A DNA stretch of 63,699 nucleotides, counting the filler, from Folioceros fuciformis (lineage: Eukaryota): the NCBI GenBank assembly GCA_049999805.1. It is 7 parts of 6 records of this genome, joined end to end, with 100 filler letters (N's around TTAATTAATTAA, not from the genome) between each part and the next. Parts side by side here need not be neighbours in the genome. Positions count along the whole stretch, not along the records: positions 1 to 15,063 come from JBNGIO010005437.1; positions 15,164 to 27,969 come from JBNGIO010005440.1; 5 more parts are not named here. One strand, written 5' to 3'. The notes beneath the pieces are model-generated. The model was not told the DNA's origin, did no database searches, and saw only the letters and a list, made by a program, of their open reading frames with translations. This document shows, in pieces, positions 13,110-24,520 of this stretch. Within the stretch, counting starts at the first letter, position 1, and every line of letters starts with the position of its first letter. Made by a program: the position numbers and the translations under genes.

Positions 13110-14744
13110 CCCAGGAGATCAACAATGGCAATTCTCCCAAGACCCCTTCACCTTGGGCGCTTGCTTCCCCCTTCCTTTCCGCCAGCCGCAACATACGCCT
13201 CCGGCCAGGCTCTCCCTTCTACCCACAGTCGTGTTCAGGTGAAGGACAAAACATTTGAACCAGGGAATTCAAAAAAATGACAGGTTAACGGTTCGATGTT
13301 TCAGTTTGCACAGCTACACGATACGATTCAAAGGTACAAAAGCATCCTTGTGTGAAGAGTGAGCGAGCAACAGGGAGCTGGACCGTCCAGCAGCAACCCC
13401 GCCCAGGTCGCTCGGGCGGGTGGGCTCATGAAGTTGCGTGGGTAGTCGCGTAGGCCAGCTTTCCAGGTGTGTCGTCCCAATTTTATTTTGACGACATGTT
13501 CAGAGCAAGGTTCAATCGATCGCAAGCTCCTCTTGGCACGTCAGTCCGTCAATGTTGAGAAGATGTGCCTAAAGCCGACAGATTTTGTTGGAAATGGGAT
13601 CCATACTTCTACGTGGTATGATCCTGGATGTAATCTATGGAGAATAGGGTTCGCATTGATCCCTTGGCGACTCCTAATTCGAGCCGGTTTCATCTGTTAG
13701 CGCAAGAGGCGACGACTCGAGCAGGCCGCTGCGCATTGCAAGACCTAGTGTGCAATTCCAGAGACAGTGCTGATAGCGGAGCTACAGCGACACACCGGGT
13801 ACCAATTCAAGGAATGGCGTCCCGGGGTGCCGCGATGCCTCTTCTGGGCTTTTTGCTTTACAGCCTCGCAATTGCTCCCGGAGTGCATCCAGAGTCCTTG
13901 TGGCATCCGAGCTGACCCTAAACCCCTCGCCAAGTTCCTTTCTCTCAAGTGAGTCGCCCGTTGCAGCCCTGAACAGGCCACCCAACTTGAAGGCTTTGCT
14001 TCTAGAAAATCCGCAAGACACTGCTGTACGACTACCACGCTCCAGTTCTGCATACCTCCAGCGAGTGGGCTGCATCCCCGGCCGGAACAGAACATCACAA
14101 CCGTCCTCCGAGCCATCTCGGGCGAGTTCAGTGCTTTTCAATCGGTAAGTGCTTTAGTCTGTAATTCGTCCAACCCTTCAACTTGTTCATGGTTGTATCC
14201 CTTTAGTTTGTGATTCGTCCAACCCTTCAACTTGCTCATGATTGTATCCATGATGGGACTTGGCGGTGGTATTGCGGGTCTCAGCATGATGAGATAAGAC
14301 GGTTACACCAATGTTGGCAAGCTAAGATGTGCTTGGCAATGCTTGCCACTCATCATATCTGCAACTCCTCACGAGAAAAGGAAATGCACAGTCAGGGAAT
14401 GACAATTTTGGGACCACTGGCAAGCAGATATAGCTGGGACCACTGGCAAGCAGATATAGCTGCAGCTGCAACAGGAAGCCCGGGAGCATCCAACTGTGCA
14501 CCATAGATTGTGACCCTGCTCACAATCTTGGCATTATCCGCACACATATTATTAAGCCGCCAAAGTGCAGACTCCCGGACCGTAAGATTACTTCTCTCCG
14601 TACATGTACTGGACGAGTTTCTTTGCTTCTTGACATATCCGCGTCCTGTCCTGCAGGTTGTAGATGAGTCAACTGAATCAGAAGTTAATATCCACAACTT
14701 GGCATCCAGCATGGCGCCCCACATGACATACAAAGAAAGAGTAT

Positions 14745-15063
14745 GAGTATGCAATACGGATGCAGTCAGGAGTATGCAATACGGATACAGTCAAGAGTAT
14801 GCAATACGGGATACAGTCAAGAGTATACAATACAAAATACAGTCAGGAGTATGCAATACGGGATACAGTCAAGAGTATGCAATACGGGATACAGTCAAGA
14901 GTATACAATACAAAATACAGTCAGGAGTATGCAATACGGGATACAGTCAAGAGTATGCAATACGGGATACAGTCAAGAGTATACAATACAAAATACAGTC
15001 AGGAGTATGCAATACGGGATACAGTCAAGAGTATGCAATACGGGATACAGTCAAGAGTATACA
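14745..15063. repeat. 26-bp tandem repeat with 78-bp (3-monomer) higher-order structure, running into a contig end
   Basis: Monomers GAGTATGCAATACGGGATACAGTCAA (x2) alternate with GAGTATACAATACAAAATACAGTCAG (x1), about 12 monomers in all. Confidence 0.95.
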
Positions 15064-15163
15064 NNNNNNNNNNNNNNNNNNNNNNNNNNNNNNNNNNNNN
15101 NNNNNNNTTAATTAATTAANNNNNNNNNNNNNNNNNNNNNNNNNNNNNNNNNNNNNNNNNNNN
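15064..15163. other. Artificial contig-join spacer (N44-TTAATTAATTAA-N44); also at 27970-28069, 55174-55273, 59775-59874, 60895-60994, 62476-62575
   Basis: An identical 12-mer giving stops in all six frames is centred in 100-nt N runs, so adjacency across these joins is not reliable. Confidence 0.95.
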
Positions 15164-15748
15164 GCACACTCGTGAAGGGGCAGGGCAGAGAAGAAAGGCG
15201 CTCGCTCGTCTTGTATTGCTCACGGCCCACTACAACAGCAGGACAAGAATGCCGTGACCAACGCCTTTTCTTCAGGTTGTGCCCCTAGATGGAAAAAGCG
15301 TTGTTGCCCATGAAGCCCTTTCTCGCGCGCAACGAGAGCAGGCCATCCCGTGAACATATATGCTCCGGCTGCAATCTGGAGGCATTGATCCCGCACACGA
15401 TGCGTTTAGCACATCATGCTTCAGAAGTTATAATGCTTGAGCTAGGGTTTACAGCTGCAGGTGAGATCAGACGCGCTGGGAGAAGTAAAAAGTGACCCTA
15501 TCCAAAACTCTGGAGCCAAGCTAGAGTTTCCTTCTCTTCACACTGTGAGCCCTGACAGAGTCGGCCTACCACCCGTTTTCACCCCTTCTGTCTGCAGCTC
15601 GCATTGCCTTCAGGCTCTGTTTCCCCCGCTGAGCTCGTCCTCAGTGCGNNNNNNNNNNNNNNNNNNNNNNNNNNNNNNNNNNNNNNNNNNNNNNNNNNNN
15701 NNNNNNNNNNNNNNNNNNNNNNNNNNNNNNNNNNNNNNNNNNNNNNNN

Positions 15749-17331
15749 CTCCGGGCTAACCAAAAGCTTCGAGGCGCGCCTGGCTGCAGGAGTGCCTGCC
15801 CAGCGCAAGGGCCGCGGCGCCGCTCTCCGGGCCGCTTCCTCTGGCCGCAGGACTGTTGTGTCGGCGTACGAGGTAGGTTGCGGAGGAACGGATGTCGTGG
15901 AGGCGGCATTGTTGGTCGATTGACTTGAGTGCAATGGTGTGCTGCGCGGCTCGTCGACTTGTGGAGTCTGTGCTGCGTAGCTAGATTTGTGACTTGAGTG
16001 CTCTGCACAGTGTCCTGCTAGAGGAAATCCGCCTTCACATGGTTTTGCAGCTGTGATGGGCCCGAGGTGTGGAGGAGGGGCGAACTGGCAGTTGTGTGTT
16101 CTCAGCTGGTGGTCAGTCGTGCTTACGATGGCTGAATCCCGACTTCTGTGGACGCAGGCGGAATTCCCCTTGGTCGGCAATGTTGCACCGGATTTTGAGG
16201 CTGAGGCGGTGTTTGATCAGGAATTCGTGAAGGTCAGTTGCATCGTGCATCGATTTACCTTCGTGTCCCCGACATGAATTTCGAGATTTTGTTAAACATC
16301 GCAAGGTACTCAATACGTAAGGTGTTGCGCAGATCAAACTTTCTGAGTACATTGGTAAGAAGTACGTTGTTCTGTTCTTCTATCCACTCGACTTTACCTT
16401 CGTGTGCCCTACAGGTAACTCCGTTAGCTCATCGTAGTATTTTCTGGTAGCGTATTTCGAGAATACATCTTCAGCCTTAGAGAACTCGTTCAGAAATTTT
16501 TGTGTTAATTGACGACCTTGTCCTGCTTCACCCGCAGAGATCACGGCATTCAGTGACCGCTACTCTGAGTTTGAGAAGCTGAACACCGAAGTGATTGGAG
16601 TGTCTACTGACAGCGTGGTATGTTTGTTCTCTCGCTTCTCAGGAAGGCCCAGGCTGCGTCGCTTTTCCTTTCAGGACTGAATTGTGTCTTTCATGAGTTC
16701 GTTTCGAGGGTATGTGCAGCAGTGGCGTAACTTTGGATGCCTTTTGTAGCCCTAATATATCTCCCGTCGCAGTTTTCGCATCTGGCTTGGATCCAAACCG
16801 ACAGAAAGTCTGGTGGTCTCGGTGATCTCCTGTTCCCCCTGGTTTCTGATCTGACCAAGTCCATCTCCAAAAAGTACCACGTTCTCATTCCTGACCAGGT
16901 AACCTGAACTGTGTCTTACTGTCTATATCGTGAGGTGATGTCTGAAGCTGGGCGTGGGCTAATGAGTCTAGTTTTCTTGACAGGGCATTGCTCTCCGTGG
17001 GTTGTTCATCCTTGACAAGGAAGGTGTCATCCAACACTCAACAGTGAACAACGGGGCGATTGGCCGCAGTGTTGACGAGACTTTGAGGACTTTGCAGGTT
17101 TGTGTGTGAACGGGTTCTGGGGCGGTGTGGCTCGAGTCCTCTTTTCTGTAGCTCACTACTGCTTCAAATGTCTTCTTGTGTTCTGAAAATTTTCTTCACC
17201 CTCTGGCCGCCCAGGCAATCCAGTACACTCAAGAGAATCCGGATGAGGTTTGTCCCGCTGGTTGGAAGCCTGGGGAGAAGACAATGAAAGGAGATGTGAA
17301 GAAGAGCAAGGAGTATTTTGCTGCCATCTAG
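15749..17331 (+). CDS. BAS1: Chloroplast 2-Cys peroxiredoxin (BAS1-type); start codon probably within the N gap 15649-15748
   Basis: Exons give [29 protein letters not shown] (peroxidatic Cys), [17 protein letters not shown] (resolving Cys) and SKEYFAAI*. The upstream exon is transit-peptide-like. Confidence 0.96.
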
Positions 17332-17607
17332 ACCTTTCCATTAGACTTTACAGAAGTCGCGGAGAAAGCAGAGAATCACAATTTTGTGTGGAGTAACACA
17401 GCTCCTTCTGACCCTTTTCCACAACTGAGACCACTGGTATGTCCTGAGGACAGACCTAAGTGTCTGCACGAACGTGAGACACCTGCAAGATGCTGATGGA
17501 ATTTAAGAGAGCAATCAAAACTGGCTCAACTTCTGGTTGGACGGAGACCGTGCTTTGCACATCGTCCTAGACCTTCCCTCGTACGGCAAAAGTGACCGAC
17601 GTCTGAA

Positions 17608-18600
17608 TCAGACCTGACCGAGGGTCTTGGATGTGATGGATTTCCGCAGTATGGAAGGGATGGGCTCTCTTTTCTCCTTGGTCCGCGACAGGTTGTTACT
17701 GAGCTCAACAAACTTTCTAGGAGTGGTCGTGTCTTCTTCAGGGGGAGGAGTAGGAGGTAGGTTTAGGAGATCGTCATCGTCCCGCTTGAGAGGAGTGTCG
17801 TTCCAACAGTCTATCTTCCTGGGAACATTCTGGAACCTGTGCATGCAGAATCTCTGCTTGGGACGAGGACCCGCCATCCTCTCAGCCCAGTAATCCTTGG
17901 CCAAGGTGTAGGATTTTGTCATTTTCGGGTGGCTCAGCTTCCACAGATTATTTTTGCTCGCCTCATCTTCAAACACTGGTTCATTTTTCTGATAAAACAA
18001 GTTCATCTGGATCCACTCATCTCCAAACTTGTTGTTGATGACGTCTGCGATAGGTGTGAGTCTATTGAAGCACATTTAGCACCATTAGATACTCACACGT
18101 GTCGAGAAACGAGGGGAAATATGGCAACTCATGACCCACTGGACATGTCATACTTCGCCGTGGGCTTGCCATAGACGTGATCCTTATCCTTGTCCGATGG
18201 TAAAGGCTTGCCAGAGTTCTGTCAGGCGGCGAAATATAACATTACTGTTGTCGACCAACCCAGTGGGACGAATATATGTACTCTCACTACTTTCATGCTT
18301 CTCATTCGCAGTCATACCAAAGGTTTACTTGGCGCTCGAAGCACAGGATGGGCCTTCCGAAACTCGCTCGCTTCTGCCGCCGTCTTAACGGCCCTGGCAG
18401 GTGAAGTGGTGAGTTCATCACCTTTTCAAGTACTAGAAGAAATTTCTAGATGTATAACACTCAAAAGCATACTTGGAAACTCTCGAATCCACTAGAAGAA
18501 CACATACATACATGTCCGCTGCAAGTTTATTCATGGCCTCGTAATCTGGACCCAGGAACTTCGTCTTGTCGACTGGAACGTTCTCGAGATGAATGATCAC
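17608..18600 (-). CDS. CFAP77: CFAP77/FAP77-like cilia- and flagella-associated protein (5' exons unresolved, may extend towards ~19400)
   Basis: Spliced segments GPDYEAMNKLAA, AVKTAAEASEFRKAHPVL, PLPSDKDKDHVYGKPT and TPIADVINNKFGDEWIQMN follow the motif order I recall for FAP77/C9orf171 (DUF4483). Confidence 0.7.
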
Positions 18601-19822
18601 TGCGGGGACAAAGGCGACACTCTCAATGTCTTGTCAAATGCTCATTATGGACAAAGCAAGCCAGAGCCCAAACATGTGACAGGAAAGCCAATGCAAAGAT
18701 GAGGTTATTACTCCTTGGCTTTGTATGCCATATCCTACGGAGATATGGGCCCACGCACAATAAGTCTGGGTCTGAAGAAGTGCAAATATTACCGATCAAG
18801 CCAAAGAAGAGCCTGAGGACACCAACATAATTTGTGATGCATCTTTCATAAACCCTGTTGCCAGTTCTGGTCTACAGAAGATGCTTGGTAGACTACTTCA
18901 AGAGTATCCGAAAATGGAAACGAAAAGGATGGGAAGTGTTGCAGGCTTTTTCAATACCGTCGGCAACTCCTAAACCATTCGGACATCGACAACCGTAGAC
19001 AAAGCCCTCGTTTGGAAGCTTGTATGCAGCTGTCCTCGTCTACAGGAGGGTAGAAACCCGTGGTCAGTGTCTGAACCAATAAGGACGCCAGGGGCACACT
19101 CCCATAAACACTTTCCGCAATATCATGGCAGCAGACGCAGGATTTGCATTCTTCAACATGAAGGGCACTTTGAAGAGGGGAGACGAACCCTGCCAAGCCA
19201 CGGCTTTTGAATGTTGGGATTCCTTTCCATCGAAGACCGTACGGCTCCCATTTTGGGGACTTCCCTTTCAGCGTACAGAACATCGGCCCTCCCCATGTCC
19301 GTGAGCTCAATTTAATCGGCACTCTTGGGATGCAGTGAGCTCCTGCGATGTCGTCCGCAATTTCTGCAATAAGGAAAAGTCTTGTGAGCTCGGACAGACC
19401 CTGATGTTCACCCAATGAAACTATTCCACCATTTCAAAAGAAGATCCAACACGACTCTCGCCGTACCCGCATCTGTCACCAGACACCGCACACACGGAAC
19501 TCAAGTTCTTGCAAAAGTCAGCTTAGTGAGCCTGCATTCCTCGCACATTCCCTCCTGAATTTCAATGCAAAATTTCTCTTGGACGGGGGACAAGGTGCAG
19601 ACGGGAGATTTCTGGAAGTACTCCTCCCAAAGGACTCAACGCCTCGTGACGCCATGAACAGGTCGCTCCTGTGCAACGCATCAAGTCTGGATCCAAAGGT
19701 CGTCCCGACTACTGCCCCCAAAAGGCCGGCCCTCTCACCGTAACAGTATCGACCTAACTGCCTTCCCGCTGATAATAGTCTCCTCCACGTAGCCGGATCG
19801 CCAGCGTTGCACAAGCACCAAG

Positions 19823-20938
19823 TCAGATATCCAGATCGTCGTCGGGGTCCTCATCCGAGTCGGGCCTCTCATCGTCAGAGTCCCTCAGATAGTGGATCTC
19901 TCCAGCTCCCCCCGACTGCAAGTCGGAAGCACTGCCAACCTTGTCCAGTGACAAAGAAACGTCCCTTCGATCCATCACGTTGGCCTCTGCTCGGCCATCA
20001 TAAATGCGCACATCTTTTCCTTGCCCTTGATGCTCAAAGGGCAGCACGACCTTGGCACGATCTTCCAACTCCTTGTCACTCAGTCGGAGACTGAATTTCA
20101 CCTCCACACTCGTACCTCCGCCACCTACACTCCTCCTACTGCCCAACTCCACTTTGCAAAACTTCACCTCTCCCTTCCTCACCTGGAACTCTTCAACCTC
20201 CTCCCGGTACCTCCCATTCCGGCGCCTTTGCCGCACCCGAACCCGCCCACCAGACATGTTCTCTTCCACACCTTTAGGCTTCCTCACACCCGCCAGCGGG
20301 AGCACGGGATGCGGCTCCACGTATACATTCACGCTTGAGAGATAGGCCAAGGCAGCAACTGTCCTAGGATCGTGACATGCCGCCTGCACCAACATCAGCA
20401 CGGCAGAAATCTCCGCATGAGATCTCAAGGCACTCACAAACCCTGCCACAGCCGGAACATTCTCCCGCTGATACCTGAGCAAATCCGTGAGAGAGTCAAG
20501 CACGACTGCAAATCGGCTCCCCGGCTGACGCGCAACCGCCGCCCTTCCCGCATCCATGACCGCAGCAGCAAACCCCTCTAGGTCTGCCATCTCCCGGCAA
20601 ATCCTTCCCTCGGACTTCCCTCCTCCATCCCTTGCTCGCCCAAGGACCTGCTCCCATCCCAGCGGATCTGAGAAACAATCCACTACCATGAACCAGGATG
20701 CTCCATCCACTGTTGCTGGATACCGCTGGTAGTGGTGCGGAGGCGATGCCAGAGCAACAATCACAACTCCCTTGGCCTGCGCCCGGCCAGCCGCGATGTT
20801 GCCGTGCAGAGATTGGAGGTAGTGGTGGAAGATGGGGCCGGTCCCTGCAGTCTCCAAGGTGGTCTGCAGCAGCACGGTCGGGGCCTGCTCTCCGTCCAGC
20901 GCCCCGTCGCGCAAAACCCTTCCCACGCTCTCCGCCAT
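19823..20938 (-). CDS. ELP5: Elongator complex subunit 5, single exon
   Basis: Uninterrupted ORF MAESVGRVLRDGALDGEQAP..., DCFSDPLGW, RRRNGR, FSLRLSDKELEDRAKVVLPFEHQG, ending in the characteristic YLRDSDDERPDSDEDPDDDLDI. Confidence 0.93.
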   Translation of the reverse strand: MAESVGRVLRDGALDGEQAPTVLLQTTLETAGTGPIFHHYLQSLHGNIAAGRAQAKGVVIVALASPPHHYQRYPATVDGASWFMVVDCFSDPLGWEQVLGRARDGGGKSEGRICREMADLEGFAAAVMDAGRAAVARQPGSRFAVVLDSLTDLLRYQRENVPAVAGFVSALRSHAEISAVLMLVQAACHDPRTVAALAYLSSVNVYVEPHPVLPLAGVRKPKGVEENMSGGRVRVRQRRRNGRYREEVEEFQVRKGEVKFCKVELGSRRSVGGGGTSVEVKFSLRLSDKELEDRAKVVLPFEHQGQGKDVRIYDGRAEANVMDRRDVSLSLDKVGSASDLQSGGAGEIHYLRDSDDERPDSDEDPDDDLDI

Positions 20939-21359
20939 AGCCAAAGCTCTGGACCCAGCCCCGTTAGGGCAGACAGAGCTGAAATTGCTCTCTCGAATGG
21001 GTTGTCGGGCAGCCTGCGAAGGCTACGGTACATGGTCGTCCAGTAGTGGAATGACGTCGGAAACAAGAGAAGTCGTTGTCCGACTGCCGTATAGCCACAT
21101 ATTACGTACTTAGCTCTGGCTTGGAATGCTGCCTAAAATCGAATTGCCGGTGAGAGGAGGTGCTGTCAAGGATCCTCAACGTTACACAAGGCATAGGCAA
21201 GCCTGGCGTTGGTATCTCCTGCTGCCTGCCAATCAGGATCCGGTCCGGCCTGTCGGTCGCTTGTAGAATGGTACACTGAGCAGGAAATTGTGTTTTGTTC
21301 AGGCTGCTGAAAGTGAATCATCCGCACGCCAATGTGATGGTGCTTTTGTGAAGATCGAC

Positions 21360-22911
21360 ATGGCAAGCCCGAGTAGGAACCCTCTTAGGCAATCACCGTT
21401 TTTGGTGAAAGCTGTGATGCGCTCCCTGAGGTCGGCCTGGTTGCTGGAGCAGTCTGAGAATGCTTCTCCGTGCTGCCGAAANNNNNNNNNNNNNNNNNNN
21501 NNNNNNNNNNNNNNNNNNNNNNNNNNNNNNNNNNNNNNNNNNNNNNNNNNNNNNNNNNNNNNNNNNNNNNNNNNNNNNNNNCGAATCCGGATTGGAATTC
21601 GATCCGGGATAAGCTGTATCCGAGATGTAGCAACGTCCGCCCCCAGCATCCTCCTGGGAAGCGATGCAAACGCGAGTGTTGATGAGAAAGGCGACGGGAC
21701 AGGGATGGGAGCTCTGCAGGTTGCAGAACTGGAGCGGATGCTGCAGGAGCTTTTGGCGGAGGCGTCACCTGACTACACAAAGATTGGCAAGGTATCATTG
21801 AACCTGGGACTGGAATTGGGAGCCTCAGGTGCTGATCCTGGCAAGGTGCTAGAGTTTGCAAATCGAGCACTCAATATCTTGGAAGAAGCAGATAGTGATA
21901 GTATGGATGTAGGACTTTGTCTGTGTTTGATAGCGATAGTGTACTACCAGATGGGCCGGCAAGGCCGGTGCGTGGCTCACTTAAACAGGGCTCAAAAGTT
22001 TCTGGAGGACAAGCATGGCGAGGAGTGCAATAAACTAATGTATGCTGTTTACTTTCTATCTGGCAACGCCTTGATGGCTATGGGCATTATTGCGGAGGCC
22101 CTTTCTTGCTACGCCAAGGCTATTTCGCTTCAGGAGAGCATGGTGGAGGCAAACCACCCTCATTTGGCGAATACATACAGGCATGTGGCCCAGGCTTACT
22201 CCAAGGCCTTGCAGTTTAGAGAAGCTATTGATTTTGGCAACAAGGCTTTGGACGTAGATGTCAAGCATTTTGGTCAAGGTTCCATGGAGGAGGCTGTTGA
22301 TCGTCGGCTTCTCTCGACACTTCACAGTGCCATTCTAGACTATACCAAAGCTCTGGACCACCAGAGGCGAGTCCTGGAGATTGTCAAGACCAAGGACAGC
22401 AGGGGCTACGATCACATTGCAGCTGCCCACTTGGAAATCAACCTTGGCAGGTAAATGTGCGTCTTAAATCTTTTGATTACAAAATATTGTGAACGAAGCT
22501 TATTATGTTGTTTGCTTCATCAGGTACGATGATGCCATTTTCTCCTTGGTAGATGCGAGATCTGACATGGTACCTGGTAGCTTGGACTATTCCTTGGCAT
22601 CTGTGTGTCTGGCCAAGGCTTATGTTCGGAAGAACAAGAGAAAGGAAGCGAAGAAGCTCTGTAATCAGGCGAGTTGCAGTTTTGGAAAGCTTGCTGACTC
22701 GCGGCCTGATGGCCCAATTGAGGTCGCAGAAGGCTTGTCTCAGTTGGCCACGGTCTATGCGATGATGGGTGAAACCGCCGATGCGATCAAGGCTTTAAAG
22801 CAGTCATTAACACTTTCCGAAAGGATACCAGGCCAGATACTGCTGCTTTCATTGTCTTCCACAAACTTGCTGGCTCCCTTGAGGGGTAATGGTTTCAAAT
22901 CGATGCCTTGA
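21360..22911 (+). CDS. Kinesin-light-chain-like TPR-repeat protein (spans an N gap; 3' end uncertain, possibly truncated)
   Basis: TPR-like helices: ALSCYAKAISLQESMVEANHPHLANTYRHVA, ALDVDVKHFGQGSMEEAVDRRLL, GLSQLATVYAMMGETADAIKALKQSL. GT-AG intron at ~22451-22523. Confidence 0.75.
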
Positions 22912-23819
22912 CGTGTACCGTGTGCTCGAGTATGTGTGAAACTTCTCCGTCGTACGTTTGTTGGAACTAGGATGTTGAGGCGAAGCGTTTGTTCATGAGT
23001 TATGATGGAGACCTGAGCTCCTCAGACCAGTCAGTTGTTGATCCTGAAGTGTCATCCGGGCGCACTCTGGCCTAGAAGACATTCTTGACCTGGATGAACA
23101 TTCCTGGGAGACGGAAAAAAGTCCTCCGCGAATTCTAAGCAGGGAATAGGGGAAGTAAGCATGCAGCGAGTCAAATGGACCAGATTGTTTTCCCTAGGGT
23201 CTATCTTGGGACACCAAAAAGAGCTCCTGTCCCAATGGTGTGTGTAGGTAGCACTCTAGAATGTACCCTACCTACTCACTCTCCATTTCAGCAAAAAGGG
23301 GTTCCAGTTCCTACTCCTCAACTGCCACGGTCCCCCCTGACTGGCTTAGTCCCTTGGTTTGTTCTCGCCTCCCTCATTCCCTTGCGGGTCTTCCCCGATA
23401 TTCTGGTTTTTCAAATCTATAAAGGTTCCAAATGGCGATAAAAAACCTCCCCAACGGCCAATGCCGCTGTCCATGGACAGTGCGGACTCGTCCTGTGTGA
23501 TAGTCTCGTAACCCACCTTCCACTGGCCATGTTTCCGCGGCGGACCTTGGAGAGATGTCCTGGAGATTCATGCGCCAGCATGTTCGCAATTTCCGCTCAG
23601 TACACCATTTTCACAGTGCGGAATTCGGATCACACCGCTCCTGCTTCGCAGAGATGTGATCGCACAGCAATCCGTGGCCCACGGTTCACAGGGAAAGAAA
23701 TCCAGGAGGAGTTCTAGGGGATGCGTGCGCGACCTCCGAGCTGCGGGCCCTTCTGTGCCGAACAGCGGGGAGCCAGAGGCAGGGGCAGAGGATGGCATTA
23801 ACGCCCCCAAGGACGATCT

Positions 23820-24520
23820 AAGGTGCATCGGCAAGTACCGGCTCGAAGATGTGCTTGGCCCGGACTGGAGCTATCTGGCACATTGACGAAGCCCGTCTCA
23901 GGCAGCACAAGGTGCAGATCCCTGGTAACGGTTTTCCTGGGCGGGGAATCCCGGTTTGAGACGATTGCGAAACCCTAAGGGTGTCTGTCACAGGATTTGA
24001 AGCCCGAAAATCTACTTCTGGATTCCAATACCCAGCTCAAGAAGGTGGCGGATTCCGGGCTTGCTGCGCTTGGACTCGCGGACATGTTCACGAAAGTGTG
24101 GGACCTGTGAGCCAGTAGTGAGCTGCTCCATTGTGGGAACCCCGTGTTACATTACTTCAGAGGTTCTCACCCAAGACAGACAAAAATGGTGGTGGGTATC
24201 TCGGCCCGTCTGCAGATGTGCATTCTGGTGGGATCATTCTCTTCTGCAGGCTCGAAAGGACTCCCGCCCATCGATGCTGATTGCCGGATACAGGAGAGGA
24301 TTTCATCAGAAGGGCTGAGTGAACAGACTTCAGCTGGTAGCCAGCCATATCCGCCTGACTTCTCTGCCCCGTGAAGAAGCTGAATCTCAAGCCGAAGAGC
24401 CGCACAACGATCCAGCAGCTTCACCGCAACGTGTGCTCATCGGTGGGCTGCACTCTGTCAGGTCTCATGCACATCGACAATGTGGACGCGGACTTGGAGC
24501 AAGTCAAAGCCATCGCCTGA
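23820..24520 (+). pseudogene. Degenerate CIPK/SnRK-like Ser/Thr kinase
   Basis: Fragments IGKYRL, KGVCHR/(frameshift)LKPENLLLD, VADSG (DFG>DSG), GTPCYITSEVL, ADVHSGGIILF. They fall in several reading frames, and subdomains are missing. Confidence 0.8.

Noticed and set aside
14745..15063. CRISPR-like array or repeat-protein gene
   Set aside because: There are no unique spacers and no cas genes, and the context is eukaryotic. The ORFs are a by-product of a stop-free 26-bp unit.
15108..15119. Recurrent palindrome TTAATTAATTAA
   Set aside because: It is always centred in N runs, so it is an assembly linker.
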